This document shows positions 1 through 9,735 of a stretch of 64,000 nt of DNA, piece after piece. The position numbers and the translations under genes are program-made. The DNA comes from Promethearchaeota archaeon. GTDB lineage: Archaea; Asgardarchaeota; Thorarchaeia; Thorarchaeales; Thorarchaeaceae. The notes under the pieces are model-generated. The model ran no database searches. It was not told where the DNA came from and saw nothing but the letters and a program-made list of their open reading frames with translations. Position 1 is the stretch's first letter, and each line of letters begins with the position of its first letter. The DNA lies in assembly GCA_014728035.1 (NCBI GenBank), contig WJMJ01000101.1, positions 32,001-96,000 of the forward strand, in the 5' to 3' direction.

Positions 1-2
1 AA

Positions 3-377
3 CTAGCTATACTTGCTGAACAAGACGATAAAGCAACCATTGAACAGAATAATAGCAAAGGAAGTTTGGACCCCAAAGATGTCGGCAGTATGTTGTCCAA
101 AGCTGGTAGTATATTGCATGGATTAGATAATAATCGTGTTATGAATTATTTAGAAGACGCGATTAGAAGTGAAAAGAACACTGAAGAAGCTGCCAAACAG
201 AGATCTATATGGGAAAGTACAGGCATTAATTGGCGTTTAGAAGGTGTCGAATTGCTGAACGATGATGTAGCTATGAAGTTGAAAGTTAAATATAGCTCTG
301 ATGGTACACAAGAAGGCGTTACAGAGAAGATTCTTACAGTGCGCTTACAGAATACCCCGGAGACTGATTTGAAATGA
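3..377 (+). CDS. Hypothetical protein, 5'-partial
   Basis: Frame is open from position 3 to TGA at 375-377; the stop overlaps the next start (ATGA). Confidence 0.7.
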   Translation, partial: LAILAEQDDKATIEQNNSKGSLDPKDVGSMLSKAGSILHGLDNNRVMNYLEDAIRSEKNTEEAAKQRSIWESTGINWRLEGVELLNDDVAMKLKVKYSSDGTQEGVTEKILTVRLQNTPETDLK

Positions 378-931
378 ATATGATTGACGATCCAATCTTA
401 CAACAATTAATTTCTAAAGTAGCACAACATGAAACACAAAATGACATCGATGATATTGATGACAATATGGGTGAAGACATAGATGATACACACGATGAAG
501 ACATAGATGATACACACGATGAAGACATTGTCGAACCAGATGATATAGGTACTAGTGACATTGTGCCCACAGAAGATGCAGACACCGAAGTGGATGCTAT
601 TAATGCAGATATATCAGACGGCAATAATACGCCTGAAGACGATATTGATAATGATCTTAATAACAAATTCAACGAAATGGTAAACGAAGTACATCAAAAT
701 TATAAACAAGATAGAGAGAATATATCTGATTTTATAGAATTCCTTAAACACAAGATTGAAAATGACGAAGGCATGCCTGTGCGCGTATATTATGAATCAC
801 TGTCTTCTTGTCTGCGAACAAAATCAGAATCATCTGCTACCATGATAAAATTGCTAGACAATATCAATAAAAGAACAAATAAAGAGAGTGGTGGCCTTAA
901 TATTAATTTGCAAGAATTATTGCAAGAATGA
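374..931 (+). CDS. Acidic hypothetical protein, candidate terminase small subunit by position only
   Basis: 185 aa with a D/E-rich N-half and helical C-half; ATGA overlap with terL. Confidence 0.55.
   Translation: MNMIDDPILQQLISKVAQHETQNDIDDIDDNMGEDIDDTHDEDIDDTHDEDIVEPDDIGTSDIVPTEDADTEVDAINADISDGNNTPEDDIDNDLNNKFNEMVNEVHQNYKQDRENISDFIEFLKHKIENDEGMPVRVYYESLSSCLRTKSESSATMIKLLDNINKRTNKESGGLNINLQELLQE
472..528 (+). repeat. 24-nt coding tandem repeat (EDIDDTHD, about 2.4 copies)
   Basis: TGAAGACATAGATGATACACACGA repeated exactly. Confidence 0.9.
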
Positions 932-3900
932 ATGATTTAACCAAAAGCAAAATTAGAAAAGTCATTAAGGATTGCCAAAGTTCCTGCGATTATTTTATTA
1001 ATAAATATTGCAAAGTTAAGCACCCATCTGCTGGCATCATACCTTTTACCACTTTCTCATATCAAAAGAAATGCCTAAGAGCATTTCAAGAACACCGGTT
1101 CAACATTTTCAGTAAAACCCGACAATGCTTTGCTGAAGGTAGCATGGTTTGGACTCCTTTAGGCCCAAAACCCATAGAAAGCATAAAACCACATGACATT
1201 ATATATACATTAAAAGATGGTATTTTGACTACGGCGCAAGTCAGTAAAGTGTTTAACAATGGTTCTGCAGAATGCGTTCAGGTGCGCACCAAGTCAGGAC
1301 ATAGATCTATCAGCACACCAGATCATAAATTTTTAACCTATGATGGATATAAGGAAGCATCACTATTAACTCAAAATGATATTCTTGTGGAAGTTAATGA
1401 CCTACCTCACTATAATACAACAGATAATAGATCCAAAGCAATACTTCTGGGATACCTAATAACCGACGGATATTGTGCAGGATCTGCTCATTTTACCAAT
1501 ACCAGATGGAAATATCTATTGGATTTCCAAAAACATTACGAACTTTTGTTTAATGACAGATTGAAAATTAAGAAGCATTCAACATCTGGTTTTGGATCTG
1601 AGGCAGCATTCCGCATATGCTTGCGTAAAGACGGCAAAGAATGGCTAAAGAAATTGGGAATATGGGGATTAATAGGAGAAAATAAGCGCGTACCTAACGA
1701 AGTTTTTTCTTGGGATAATGATTCTATAGCGATCCTTATTAATAGGATGTTTGCTGGCGATGGATGGTATACAGGATCGATAAACACTAATGAGGCAGGG
1801 ATTGGATCTGAATCTAATATATTGTTGCATCAAATCAAGCAATTGTTATCAAGATTTGGCGTAAATTCAAAATATTGTCCAGCGAATAAAATATCTTTAC
1901 CTAAATTGCGCATAGTGGGTGGTAGAAGTTTTAAGAGATTTCATGATATAATAGATATATTTGGTAAGAAACCAAGACACAAAATAACGAAAGGATTTAT
2001 ATTTAACCGCAAAATTGGTCAAGTCTTGTCTGTTACGCCAGTGGACGGTAATAGACAAGTATATGATTTGCTCGTACCACCAAATCATAATTATGTGGTG
2101 GACGGAGCCGTAGTTCATAATTGCGGAGCGTCAACTCTATCTGGGTCTTTTGCTTTATGGTTTACCATGTTCTTTGGAAACAAAACAACACTCATCACCT
2201 CGAAAAGAGATAATGATGCCAAAGAATTTATGGGCAAGAATATCAGGTTTGTGTGGGATAATCTTCCTGATTGGATGAAATCAATTTGGCAACCCACAGT
2301 TGACAACGAACACGAATTTGGATTTTCCAATGGATCTAAAATTAAATCATTGCCATCCGGACCACATACATTAAGACAATTTTCATCATCTCTCAATATC
2401 ATTGATGAGGCTTCTGTATCTCCACATATGGAAGAAATGTGGGCATCTGGATCTCCCACGTTACAACACGGAGGTCGATGTTTATCCGAAGATTCATTGA
2501 TTGTTACACGAGATGGGTTGGTTTCTATAAGCAAAGTGAAAGATGGTGATGACATCATATTAGATGGTATACATAATGTAGAGTCCAAATACGTCAACAA
2601 AGACATTGAAGACACCATTTCTATAACCACTAGTGATGGACACTATGTACAAGCAACTCCAGATCATAGATTTAAAACAATAAACAATGATGGTGACATA
2701 TCATGGAAATTAGTGTCTGACTTATCATTGGGCGACCACCTAATACTCGATTGTGAAGAAATACAATATGGTAGTATACAAGAATTAGACGACAATATTA
2801 ATAAACTTATTGCTATAAAATGTGGTTGCGACAATGGATGTATTAGCTGCGCAACCTCGATGAATATGTTGAGAAATAAACATATTCCGAAGAGTCTAGA
2901 TGAGAATTTATCATTATTATTGGGGTGCGTATGGGCAAATGGGTTTATTCAAGATTGTGGCAGAATTGGTATATCATATAATAGTAAGTATGGTGATTTA
3001 TCAGATAAAATAAAATCAATAATAAATAATATACCCCATATGCACACATGGGAAGAACAACACAATGGGGATCACAGTATACGGTTTCATTCAAAGTCAC
3101 TGACACTTGCTTTGGAATTAAATGGAATTATAAAAGCATCAGCGAATTATATAGAAATACCCAGTTTGATTTTGAAATCGCCTGAAAATGTGCGTTGTTC
3201 TTTCTTGCGTGGATTTTTTGAACTAGATGGTAGTATATCAGGCGATCAAGTATCAGTGTCTTCCACCAGTCTACGCATGCTAAGACAGATACAAATTATG
3301 CTTCTTAATATGGGAATGCGCAGCATAATTGCTACGTATGAAAGAACCAATGGATATGCAGAGGGACTACAACATGAGTTAACCCTCAAAACCAAGAATG
3401 ATGTGATTAAATTTAGAGATAAAATTGGGTTTCTAAGTACTTATAAACTTAATCTTTTAAATAATGTAAATGCAACTAAGCGATCGCACAATGATCGTTT
3501 CACACATCAAAACGCAATTGATAAATTTTATGACGCCAGCAAATCTTTACCGTCAACTACTAGACAGAGAATATTACAATGCAAAAGAAATTCATCCTTG
3601 CCCAGATATCTAGCCAAAACCATGTGTGAACATGAATGTTTAAAGAATACTTCATTGGGGATATTAGCCAACACCAATAAGTTTACAGATACTATTGTGA
3701 ATTTAGAACAATCAAAATCTTATGTACAAGATATACAGGTGTCAGATATTAATTCTTATGTAGCCAATGGTTTTGTATCACACAATTGTTTAGTAGTCGC
3801 GACTAGTAATGGCATAGGCAATTGGTATTGGAAGACATGGACTGATGCGGTCGCTGGTTATAATAATTTCCACCCAATCGTTATCGATTGGTGGGATATG

Positions 3901-5082
3901 GATTGGGAAATTAGATATAAAGATTCAATAAGCGGTAAGATGATCATATTATCGCCAACGCGTAACATGAGAAAATGCAGAGATGAAAAAGAAAGAGCAA
4001 AATATGGCCCATATTGGAGTCCATGGTTAGAAAATGAATATAGACAACTGGTTGCCCGTGGCGGAGAGAATCTGTTCAGACAAGAAATATTGAGGGATTT
4101 TCTTGGTAGTGGCAATACAGTTATATCGCGTGATGCCATTTTACATATTAGGGAGACTGAAAACAGAGATTATGAAACAGTTAAAAATGTGGATTTTGTA
4201 CACCCAGTGACAGGAGATAACCACAGAATAGAATTTGATGATAACTTATGGGTGTGGAGAAAACCACAACCTGATCATGTGTATACAGTTGGTGTTGACA
4301 TTTCTGGTGGAGAATCACACGACTGGTCTGCCATAGAGGTATTTGATGTCTTGGAACAAGAGCAGGTGGCGGAGTTACAGATCAAAACCACCCCAACTAA
4401 TCTTGTAATGATGGTAGATTTCATCGGTAGATGGTATAATAATGCCATAGTAGTTCCTGAGCGTACTGGTATTGGGCAGACAGTTTGCCAAGATTTAGAA
4501 GTGGCACATTATCCACGGTTGTGGCGACGTAATATGTTACACAATGGAAAGGATAAAAATAGCACCAAAAAATCAAACCATGTTGGCTTCTTAACCACTG
4601 GATCAGGAAAACCAATCATAAATAGAGCATTAATAGATAATTTGGGTCCAGATGGATACAACATATATTCGCACAGATTATGTCAACAAATCGAAACATA
4701 TGTACATCTTGGTGCTGGTAAAACTGGTGCTGAAAAGGGCACATTAAATGATGATTTACCAATTGCATCTGGATTGGCATTTATAGGTGCAGATCAAGCA
4801 GTAGTACGTGGTAATAATATATTATTACCATTGATTTCTGATGTTAATAGTATTACCAACAAATATACTACACAAAGAAATAATGATGGACCAAAAGTAA
4901 TTAAGGACCATAATGCCCTTCAACCAGTGGGCACAAAACAGGAACCAGATAGGAATACAGACATCCAAAAGCAGGTTACCGAATTCACCACAAATCTGAT
5001 CAAACAGCCCAATGTAGAACTTCCACGGGTAAAGAAACGTAATGATAATGGTCAGAAATTGCTGTTTGGAATTCGCAAATAA
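928..5082 (+). CDS. terL: Terminase large subunit (T4 gp17-like) with two inteins
   Basis: YQ adenine-binding motif, KTRQ/CGAST Walker A region, IIDEA Walker B, ATSNG motif III, RNase H-like VGVDISGG and NDD; lies directly upstream of the portal. Confidence 0.95.
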   Translation: MNDLTKSKIRKVIKDCQSSCDYFINKYCKVKHPSAGIIPFTTFSYQKKCLRAFQEHRFNIFSKTRQCFAEGSMVWTPLGPKPIESIKPHDIIYTLKDGILTTAQVSKVFNNGSAECVQVRTKSGHRSISTPDHKFLTYDGYKEASLLTQNDILVEVNDLPHYNTTDNRSKAILLGYLITDGYCAGSAHFTNTRWKYLLDFQKHYELLFNDRLKIKKHSTSGFGSEAAFRICLRKDGKEWLKKLGIWGLIGENKRVPNEVFSWDNDSIAILINRMFAGDGWYTGSINTNEAGIGSESNILLHQIKQLLSRFGVNSKYCPANKISLPKLRIVGGRSFKRFHDIIDIFGKKPRHKITKGFIFNRKIGQVLSVTPVDGNRQVYDLLVPPNHNYVVDGAVVHNCGASTLSGSFALWFTMFFGNKTTLITSKRDNDAKEFMGKNIRFVWDNLPDWMKSIWQPTVDNEHEFGFSNGSKIKSLPSGPHTLRQFSSSLNIIDEASVSPHMEEMWASGSPTLQHGGRCLSEDSLIVTRDGLVSISKVKDGDDIILDGIHNVESKYVNKDIEDTISITTSDGHYVQATPDHRFKTINNDGDISWKLVSDLSLGDHLILDCEEIQYGSIQELDDNINKLIAIKCGCDNGCISCATSMNMLRNKHIPKSLDENLSLLLGCVWANGFIQDCGRIGISYNSKYGDLSDKIKSIINNIPHMHTWEEQHNGDHSIRFHSKSLTLALELNGIIKASANYIEIPSLILKSPENVRCSFLRGFFELDGSISGDQVSVSSTSLRMLRQIQIMLLNMGMRSIIATYERTNGYAEGLQHELTLKTKNDVIKFRDKIGFLSTYKLNLLNNVNATKRSHNDRFTHQNAIDKFYDASKSLPSTTRQRILQCKRNSSLPRYLAKTMCEHECLKNTSLGILANTNKFTDTIVNLEQSKSYVQDIQVSDINSYVANGFVSHNCLVVATSNGIGNWYWKTWTDAVAGYNNFHPIVIDWWDMDWEIRYKDSISGKMIILSPTRNMRKCRDEKERAKYGPYWSPWLENEYRQLVARGGENLFRQEILRDFLGSGNTVISRDAILHIRETENRDYETVKNVDFVHPVTGDNHRIEFDDNLWVWRKPQPDHVYTVGVDISGGESHDWSAIEVFDVLEQEQVAELQIKTTPTNLVMMVDFIGRWYNNAIVVPERTGIGQTVCQDLEVAHYPRLWRRNMLHNGKDKNSTKKSNHVGFLTTGSGKPIINRALIDNLGPDGYNIYSHRLCQQIETYVHLGAGKTGAEKGTLNDDLPIASGLAFIGADQAVVRGNNILLPLISDVNSITNKYTTQRNNDGPKVIKDHNALQPVGTKQEPDRNTDIQKQVTEFTTNLIKQPNVELPRVKKRNDNGQKLLFGIRK
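1126..2121 (+). mobile_element. Intein 1 with LAGLIDADG homing endonuclease (332 aa), inserted in the TerL Walker A region
   Basis: Starts CFAEGS, has block B TPDHKF, LLGYLITDG and MFAGDG motifs, ends VVHN followed by Cys. Confidence 0.93.
2479..3786 (+). mobile_element. Intein 2 with LAGLIDADG homing endonuclease (436 aa) in TerL
   Basis: Starts CLSEDS, has TPDHRF and FLRGFFELDG, ends VSHN followed by Cys. Confidence 0.93.
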
Positions 5083-5097
5083 TTCGCAGGAGACAAC

Positions 5098-6915
5098 ATG
5101 TCTTGGCAGCTATTTGATAGAATAAGATCTTTCTTTCGTACAGCAGATCTATATAGACAAGATAGTCTATTGCAGGACCAAGACAATTTATCAAGAACCA
5201 CCCATGGTGGTGAGTTTATTAATTATTCAAATGGTGGTCTAATTGATCAAACCAATCTACACATAAATCGTCTTGAGAGATATAAAGATTATGATCAAAT
5301 GGATCAGATGGGTGAAATTTCATTAGCTCTTGATTTATACGCGGATGAAGCCACCCAGATCGATAACGAAGCCAAACATGCCCTGAACATACGAGCACGC
5401 AGTAAAAAGGTCAAAGAAGAGCTTGAAAGCTTATTTTATGATACCCTAAATATCGATTATAGAATCAGACCAATTGTAAGATATCTATGTAAATATGGTG
5501 ATTTTGCTGCTGAGATTGTCGCAAATAAAAATAGAGATGGCATATCATCATTTAAGCATGTCAATGTATATAATTTTGTCAGGGTTGAGACTATATATGG
5601 AGATTTAGTTGGATTTTACTTCGCAGAATCAATGGCGGAGCCAACTTTCCTGCACCCGTGGCAGACTTTACACATGAGGTTAACATCATATGAACTTCCG
5701 TTTAGACCATATGGAAGAAGCATACTAGAAGGTGGTCGTAGAGATTTTAAACGACTACGACTTATGGAAGATGCCGCACTTATCTATAGAATTACCAGAA
5801 GTCCACTTAAAAGAGTGTTCACCATTCCAGTGGGCGATATTCCACCACACGAGGTGCCAGATTATCTCAATAACATTGCTGACCAGTTCAAGCGCAAGCG
5901 GTTTTTTGATCCTGCCACCGGAGACGTCAATTGGCGATATATGCCATTAATCCAGGAAGATGATTATTGGATGCCAGTCCGACAAGATGGCACTGGTCCC
6001 AAGGTAGAAAATCTTCCTGGTGCTGAGAATCTTGATCAAATAGCGGACATATTGTACTTTAAGAAAAAGATGATCAGTGCCCTTAAAATTCCTTTTTCAA
6101 GGGTTGGATTGGGTCAAGATGGTACCGAGTCATCCAATGACAAAGCATTATCACATACAGATTCTGACTTTGCCAAAGCAGTACAATGGGTCCAAATGAC
6201 CACGACTATTGGCCTGAAAAAGATCGCGCTCGTGCATCTGGCATTGAAGGGATTTGGCATTGAAGATCTGCAAAATTTTGATCTTTCATTAACGGCATCA
6301 TCTGCAATTGATGAATTGTATCGAATAGAAACCTGGAATTCGAGAGCTACTGTTATTTCGAATCTCAAGGAGACTGGGCTGTTTCCAGACGAGTGGATAT
6401 TGCAGCATTTTACTGATATGACAGATGACGAAATAACACAAATGCAAGATGAAACATTGCCATCCGATCTGGAACAAGCACTCGAAGAACTGCCCACTGA
6501 GGAAGGTGGTGGAGAAGAAGGTCTGGCCGAGCTTGGCCTAGAAAGCCAATTTGATACGGGACTGGCTAAAAACGTCATTCATGAATATGCAAAATTATCG
6601 AAACCAAAATTGATAGAAAATACAAAATATAATAGTGGATTTGACGCTATAGCAAATGAAAACGAGTTTAATGGCATATTTGTACCCAAGTCAGAAAGCA
6701 AACCAAGTAATGATCCATTTGTGTTGACAGAAGATATTAATGAAAATGAAGAAGATGACGATTCCAGAGCTTTATCAGAACAATGGGGCGATGATTATAA
6801 AGACATAAAAGAGCTACTTGAAGAAAACCGCAAGACTATCGAAAACATCCAACACACTAAAGTAGAAGAGGATGATGAAATAACTTATGAAATGGTATCA
6901 AAAATCACTAAATAA
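5098..6915 (+). CDS. Portal vertex protein (T4 gp20-like) with acidic C-terminal extension
   Basis: LRLMEDAALIYRITRSP, EDDYWMPVR, VENLPGAENL, DILYFKKKMISALKIP motifs; AGGAG RBS. Confidence 0.95.
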   Translation: MSWQLFDRIRSFFRTADLYRQDSLLQDQDNLSRTTHGGEFINYSNGGLIDQTNLHINRLERYKDYDQMDQMGEISLALDLYADEATQIDNEAKHALNIRARSKKVKEELESLFYDTLNIDYRIRPIVRYLCKYGDFAAEIVANKNRDGISSFKHVNVYNFVRVETIYGDLVGFYFAESMAEPTFLHPWQTLHMRLTSYELPFRPYGRSILEGGRRDFKRLRLMEDAALIYRITRSPLKRVFTIPVGDIPPHEVPDYLNNIADQFKRKRFFDPATGDVNWRYMPLIQEDDYWMPVRQDGTGPKVENLPGAENLDQIADILYFKKKMISALKIPFSRVGLGQDGTESSNDKALSHTDSDFAKAVQWVQMTTTIGLKKIALVHLALKGFGIEDLQNFDLSLTASSAIDELYRIETWNSRATVISNLKETGLFPDEWILQHFTDMTDDEITQMQDETLPSDLEQALEELPTEEGGGEEGLAELGLESQFDTGLAKNVIHEYAKLSKPKLIENTKYNSGFDAIANENEFNGIFVPKSESKPSNDPFVLTEDINENEEDDDSRALSEQWGDDYKDIKELLEENRKTIENIQHTKVEEDDEITYEMVSKITK

Positions 6916-7126
6916 ATTCCAACTAAATGGTGAGTACGATGAATCCACATGCACAGCCATGTTGATTTTGACAGATAATATAAGCAATAAAATCATCCAA
7001 ACAAGACATATCATGTCGGACATGGATTCAGTCATCGTTGATGATCTAATGCGAATATTCTCCAGAAGCATTAAAAAGATAGAATCCATGACAGAAGATC
7101 AGTTAGTGTTGATGGTATCAAAATAG
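6887..7126 (+). CDS. Hypothetical protein
   Basis: 79-aa ORF, GAGG upstream, continues the operon. Confidence 0.5.
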   Translation: MKWYQKSLNKFQLNGEYDESTCTAMLILTDNISNKIIQTRHIMSDMDSVIVDDLMRIFSRSIKKIESMTEDQLVLMVSK

Positions 7127-7153
7127 GGCTATCAAAATACCCAAGAAAAATAC

Positions 7154-7182
7154 TTGACACGATATTTGCGTCTGTGTATAAT
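7154..7182 (+). promoter_or_regulatory. Sigma70 consensus promoter P1
   Basis: TTGACA-17 nt-TATAAT with an A-rich UP-like element. Confidence 0.85.
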
Positions 7183-7225
7183 GGCGTTCATCCGGTTGTG
7201 GTTGATGGACTGCCAAGAAAAATAC

Positions 7226-7254
7226 TTGACAAACCATATGTTCGTGTGTAAAAT
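7226..7254 (+). promoter_or_regulatory. Sigma70 promoter P2 (duplicate of the P1 unit)
   Basis: TTGACA-17 nt-TAAAAT; the 19-mer CCAAGAAAAATACTTGACA is identical to P1. Confidence 0.8.
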
Positions 7255-7342
7255 GTGTTAAGTTCATACGGTCGTGGTTGAAACGGCACAAAGACATATA
7301 TGAAAGCCCAATGGTTAAACATAGTAATAACAACAAACATGA

Positions 7343-7371
7343 TTGACAGCGTGCATCATATACTGTATAAT
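7343..7371 (+). promoter_or_regulatory. Sigma70 consensus promoter P3
   Basis: TTGACA-17 nt-TATAAT. Confidence 0.85.
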
Positions 7372-7497
7372 TGTCATAATGACATGATGTGGGGGTAAAC
7401 ATACAACCCATGTAGATTATGTATACGATGGATTGGATATGTCGCTGGCATGGTGCTTGCGATACAGGGGGTATACCATCAGACAAAAGGAGAGAGT

Positions 7498-8709
7498 ATG
7501 AGTGACCGGAAATCTGGGGGGAACGGGACGTATGCATCGTCCAACATGTATGAGATTCCTGACGCACCGCCTCTGTTCAAGAAGGACGAGCAGCAATGGT
7601 CTGCCAAATTGCGCACACTGCGGAACAAGACATTCAAAAACAAGGATCAGTGGGAAGGTTATCTTGAACGATATTTGTCGATCAAGTCTGGCAAAATAAG
7701 TGAATATCAATACCAAGGAGACCCATCGGCACTAGCTGAATACGAAAATTTCGTATGCGAATTTACTGAGAGATTGTCTTATATATGTGTCAAAGAGGCC
7801 CAAAAATTGGTTCCTCAATGTCGCAAGGGTCTGCAATATGGTGATCTGATTACTGAGGGTACCATGGCAGTTCATGAAGCCATCCACAGACATAAGTTTC
7901 GTGATTTGGTTAGCACATGCAGTAACCCGCAAATGAAGTGTGGTACGTGTGGCAAGGTTCATCAGATAACCAACGGGCAGACCATATGCTCACAACATGG
8001 ATGTGATGGCAAACTCAAGCCCATATGTAATCACGTGACTCGCAAACCAGAGGTCAGTGAATGTCCGAAATGTGGACACAAAATGTCCACACCAGCCTTC
8101 TCTGGGTTTGTGCGAAAACTGGTGCGCACCCGAATGTGGACTTTTCTTGACGACAACAGTAATACCATAAAGAAGCCAACGAGCAAGATAGAACTCATCT
8201 ATGTGGCGAACAAAGGTACGAGTTATAATGATGATGTGGCAATGAATAAGTTGGCCAAGAAAGTAAATATACCGGTATCAGAACTGCGTTCTTTCATGAT
8301 CCCAACGGCTTCTATCAACAATATAGAAAATGAAGAAAGCATTCAGCTTGCAGATCGTAGTGACAACAACAAAGACAGTCTAGATGCAAGACGCAGAAAA
8401 TATATCACCAAGGCTATTCAATTGGCAACTAGTGGTAATGATGAATGTGATTTTGATGAATTAAATCGCAACACAAAGATCTACATTGCCAACCAACTTA
8501 TGAATGATTATAAGGATAGCAATCAGGGTGGGTCTATGTATAGCCTATCATCCCTGGCTGAGATATACGGTGTTACCAAGCAGCGCATTAATCAACTCAT
8601 CAAGCGAGTGGATAAAAACTTACGCAATACCCGTGATCCTCGGGTATTTGGGTATCTTATCAAGGCAAGATTAGTGGGAACTGAGTTCGACGAATTCGAC
8701 GAGGAATAG
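7498..8709 (+). CDS. Phage sigma70-family factor with zinc-ribbon insertion
   Basis: Region 2.2-like YGDLITEGTMAVHEAI, region 2.3/2.4-like FSGFVRKLVRTRM..NTIKKP, region 4 HTH SLSSLAEIYGVTKQRINQL; start placed at the ATG after AAAGGAG. Confidence 0.85.
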   Translation: MSDRKSGGNGTYASSNMYEIPDAPPLFKKDEQQWSAKLRTLRNKTFKNKDQWEGYLERYLSIKSGKISEYQYQGDPSALAEYENFVCEFTERLSYICVKEAQKLVPQCRKGLQYGDLITEGTMAVHEAIHRHKFRDLVSTCSNPQMKCGTCGKVHQITNGQTICSQHGCDGKLKPICNHVTRKPEVSECPKCGHKMSTPAFSGFVRKLVRTRMWTFLDDNSNTIKKPTSKIELIYVANKGTSYNDDVAMNKLAKKVNIPVSELRSFMIPTASINNIENEESIQLADRSDNNKDSLDARRRKYITKAIQLATSGNDECDFDELNRNTKIYIANQLMNDYKDSNQGGSMYSLSSLAEIYGVTKQRINQLIKRVDKNLRNTRDPRVFGYLIKARLVGTEFDEFDEE

Positions 8710-8719
8710 CCTATCCACC

Positions 8720-8769
8720 CATGGGCGGGGTTGGTGCCCCCACACCGATAACCCCGCCCATGTCTTTTT
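8720..8769 (+). terminator. Rho-independent terminator between the convergent sigma and AKR genes
   Basis: 13-bp perfect stem CATGGGCGGGGTT/AACCCCGCCCATG followed by TCTTTTT. Confidence 0.85.
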
Positions 8770-9695
8770 CATGGCTTATGTCCAACCACCGTATGTGGAT
8801 CCCCTAGATCATCCCTCGAATCATACCCGCCAAATTTGCTTCTGAAGAATTGTGACCTTTTAACATACCCTTTCGATTTTCCCTCAATATGCTGCATCTG
8901 TGATGATGTCAAAGGTTTAAAGCTTCTAGCTATAGCCACGTTTTCTTCTAACTGAGCAATGTTATCACATCCAACAATAATAGTGCTTATGGGTAAAGAC
9001 ATAGAATAAGACAATGTCTCCCATGCAGTGGTTATACCTTTGGGATGGAAAATATAACCCTGCGCGAACACTTTCATCCCTATAATGCCTAATTTTCTAC
9101 GATTAGCCACAGGAATGAATGTTTTAATGAATGAAGGATCAACATGTTTGTCAGCCGCATTTAAAGGTATCAACGCTGTATCAAAATCGAATCTGTTGGC
9201 AAGTTCAATGAGCGGTTTAGGATGCTCATGCCCAGTAAAACCCAAATTTTTGACCACACCTTGTTCTTTCATTTCCACCAATGCCTCTAGAGCACCACCT
9301 TGTGAGGTCACTTCATTAACTTCACCAATATTCTCAATATGATGTATCTGCCACAGATCAATATAATCTGTTTTTAATCTTTTTAATGATTTTTCTATGA
9401 GTCGCATTGAACCATCATATGATCTATCATGTGTTTTTGATGCCAAAAACACGTTGTTTCTCCATCCCTTCATAGCATTACCATAATAATCCTCGGAAGG
9501 TCCATACACAGGTGATGTATCGAAATAATTTATGCCCAATTCGTAGGCTCTATTGATGATATTAACCATATCATCTTGCCGCCCACGATGAGTCTCTAAA
9601 GCACCTTGCCCACCCAAAGATAATATACCAACTTTGGTTCTAGTTTTACCGAGAGGTCTTTGGGGTATTTGATCGATGTCTTCATTGAGTCTCAT
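8769..9695 (-). CDS. Aldo/keto reductase
   Basis: RPLGKT, GINYFDTSPVYGPSE, LASK, SLKRLKTDYIDLWQIH, LGFTGH motifs; GGAGG RBS. Confidence 0.95.
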   Translation of the reverse strand: MRLNEDIDQIPQRPLGKTRTKVGILSLGGQGALETHRGRQDDMVNIINRAYELGINYFDTSPVYGPSEDYYGNAMKGWRNNVFLASKTHDRSYDGSMRLIEKSLKRLKTDYIDLWQIHHIENIGEVNEVTSQGGALEALVEMKEQGVVKNLGFTGHEHPKPLIELANRFDFDTALIPLNAADKHVDPSFIKTFIPVANRRKLGIIGMKVFAQGYIFHPKGITTAWETLSYSMSLPISTIIVGCDNIAQLEENVAIARSFKPLTSSQMQHIEGKSKGYVKRSQFFRSKFGGYDSRDDLGDPHTVVGHKP

Positions 9696-9735
9696 TTATG
9701 TCCTCCGTATCTAGATTTGCGCGAAGGAGATTATA

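Noticed and set aside
7141-7290. Two-copy repeat with variable spacers as a CRISPR array
   Set aside because: The conserved parts are -35/-10 boxes at 17-nt spacing and there are only two units; promoter duplication explains it better
7450-7497. Upstream ATG start for the sigma gene
   Set aside because: A strong AAAGGAG RBS precedes the ATG at 7498 instead
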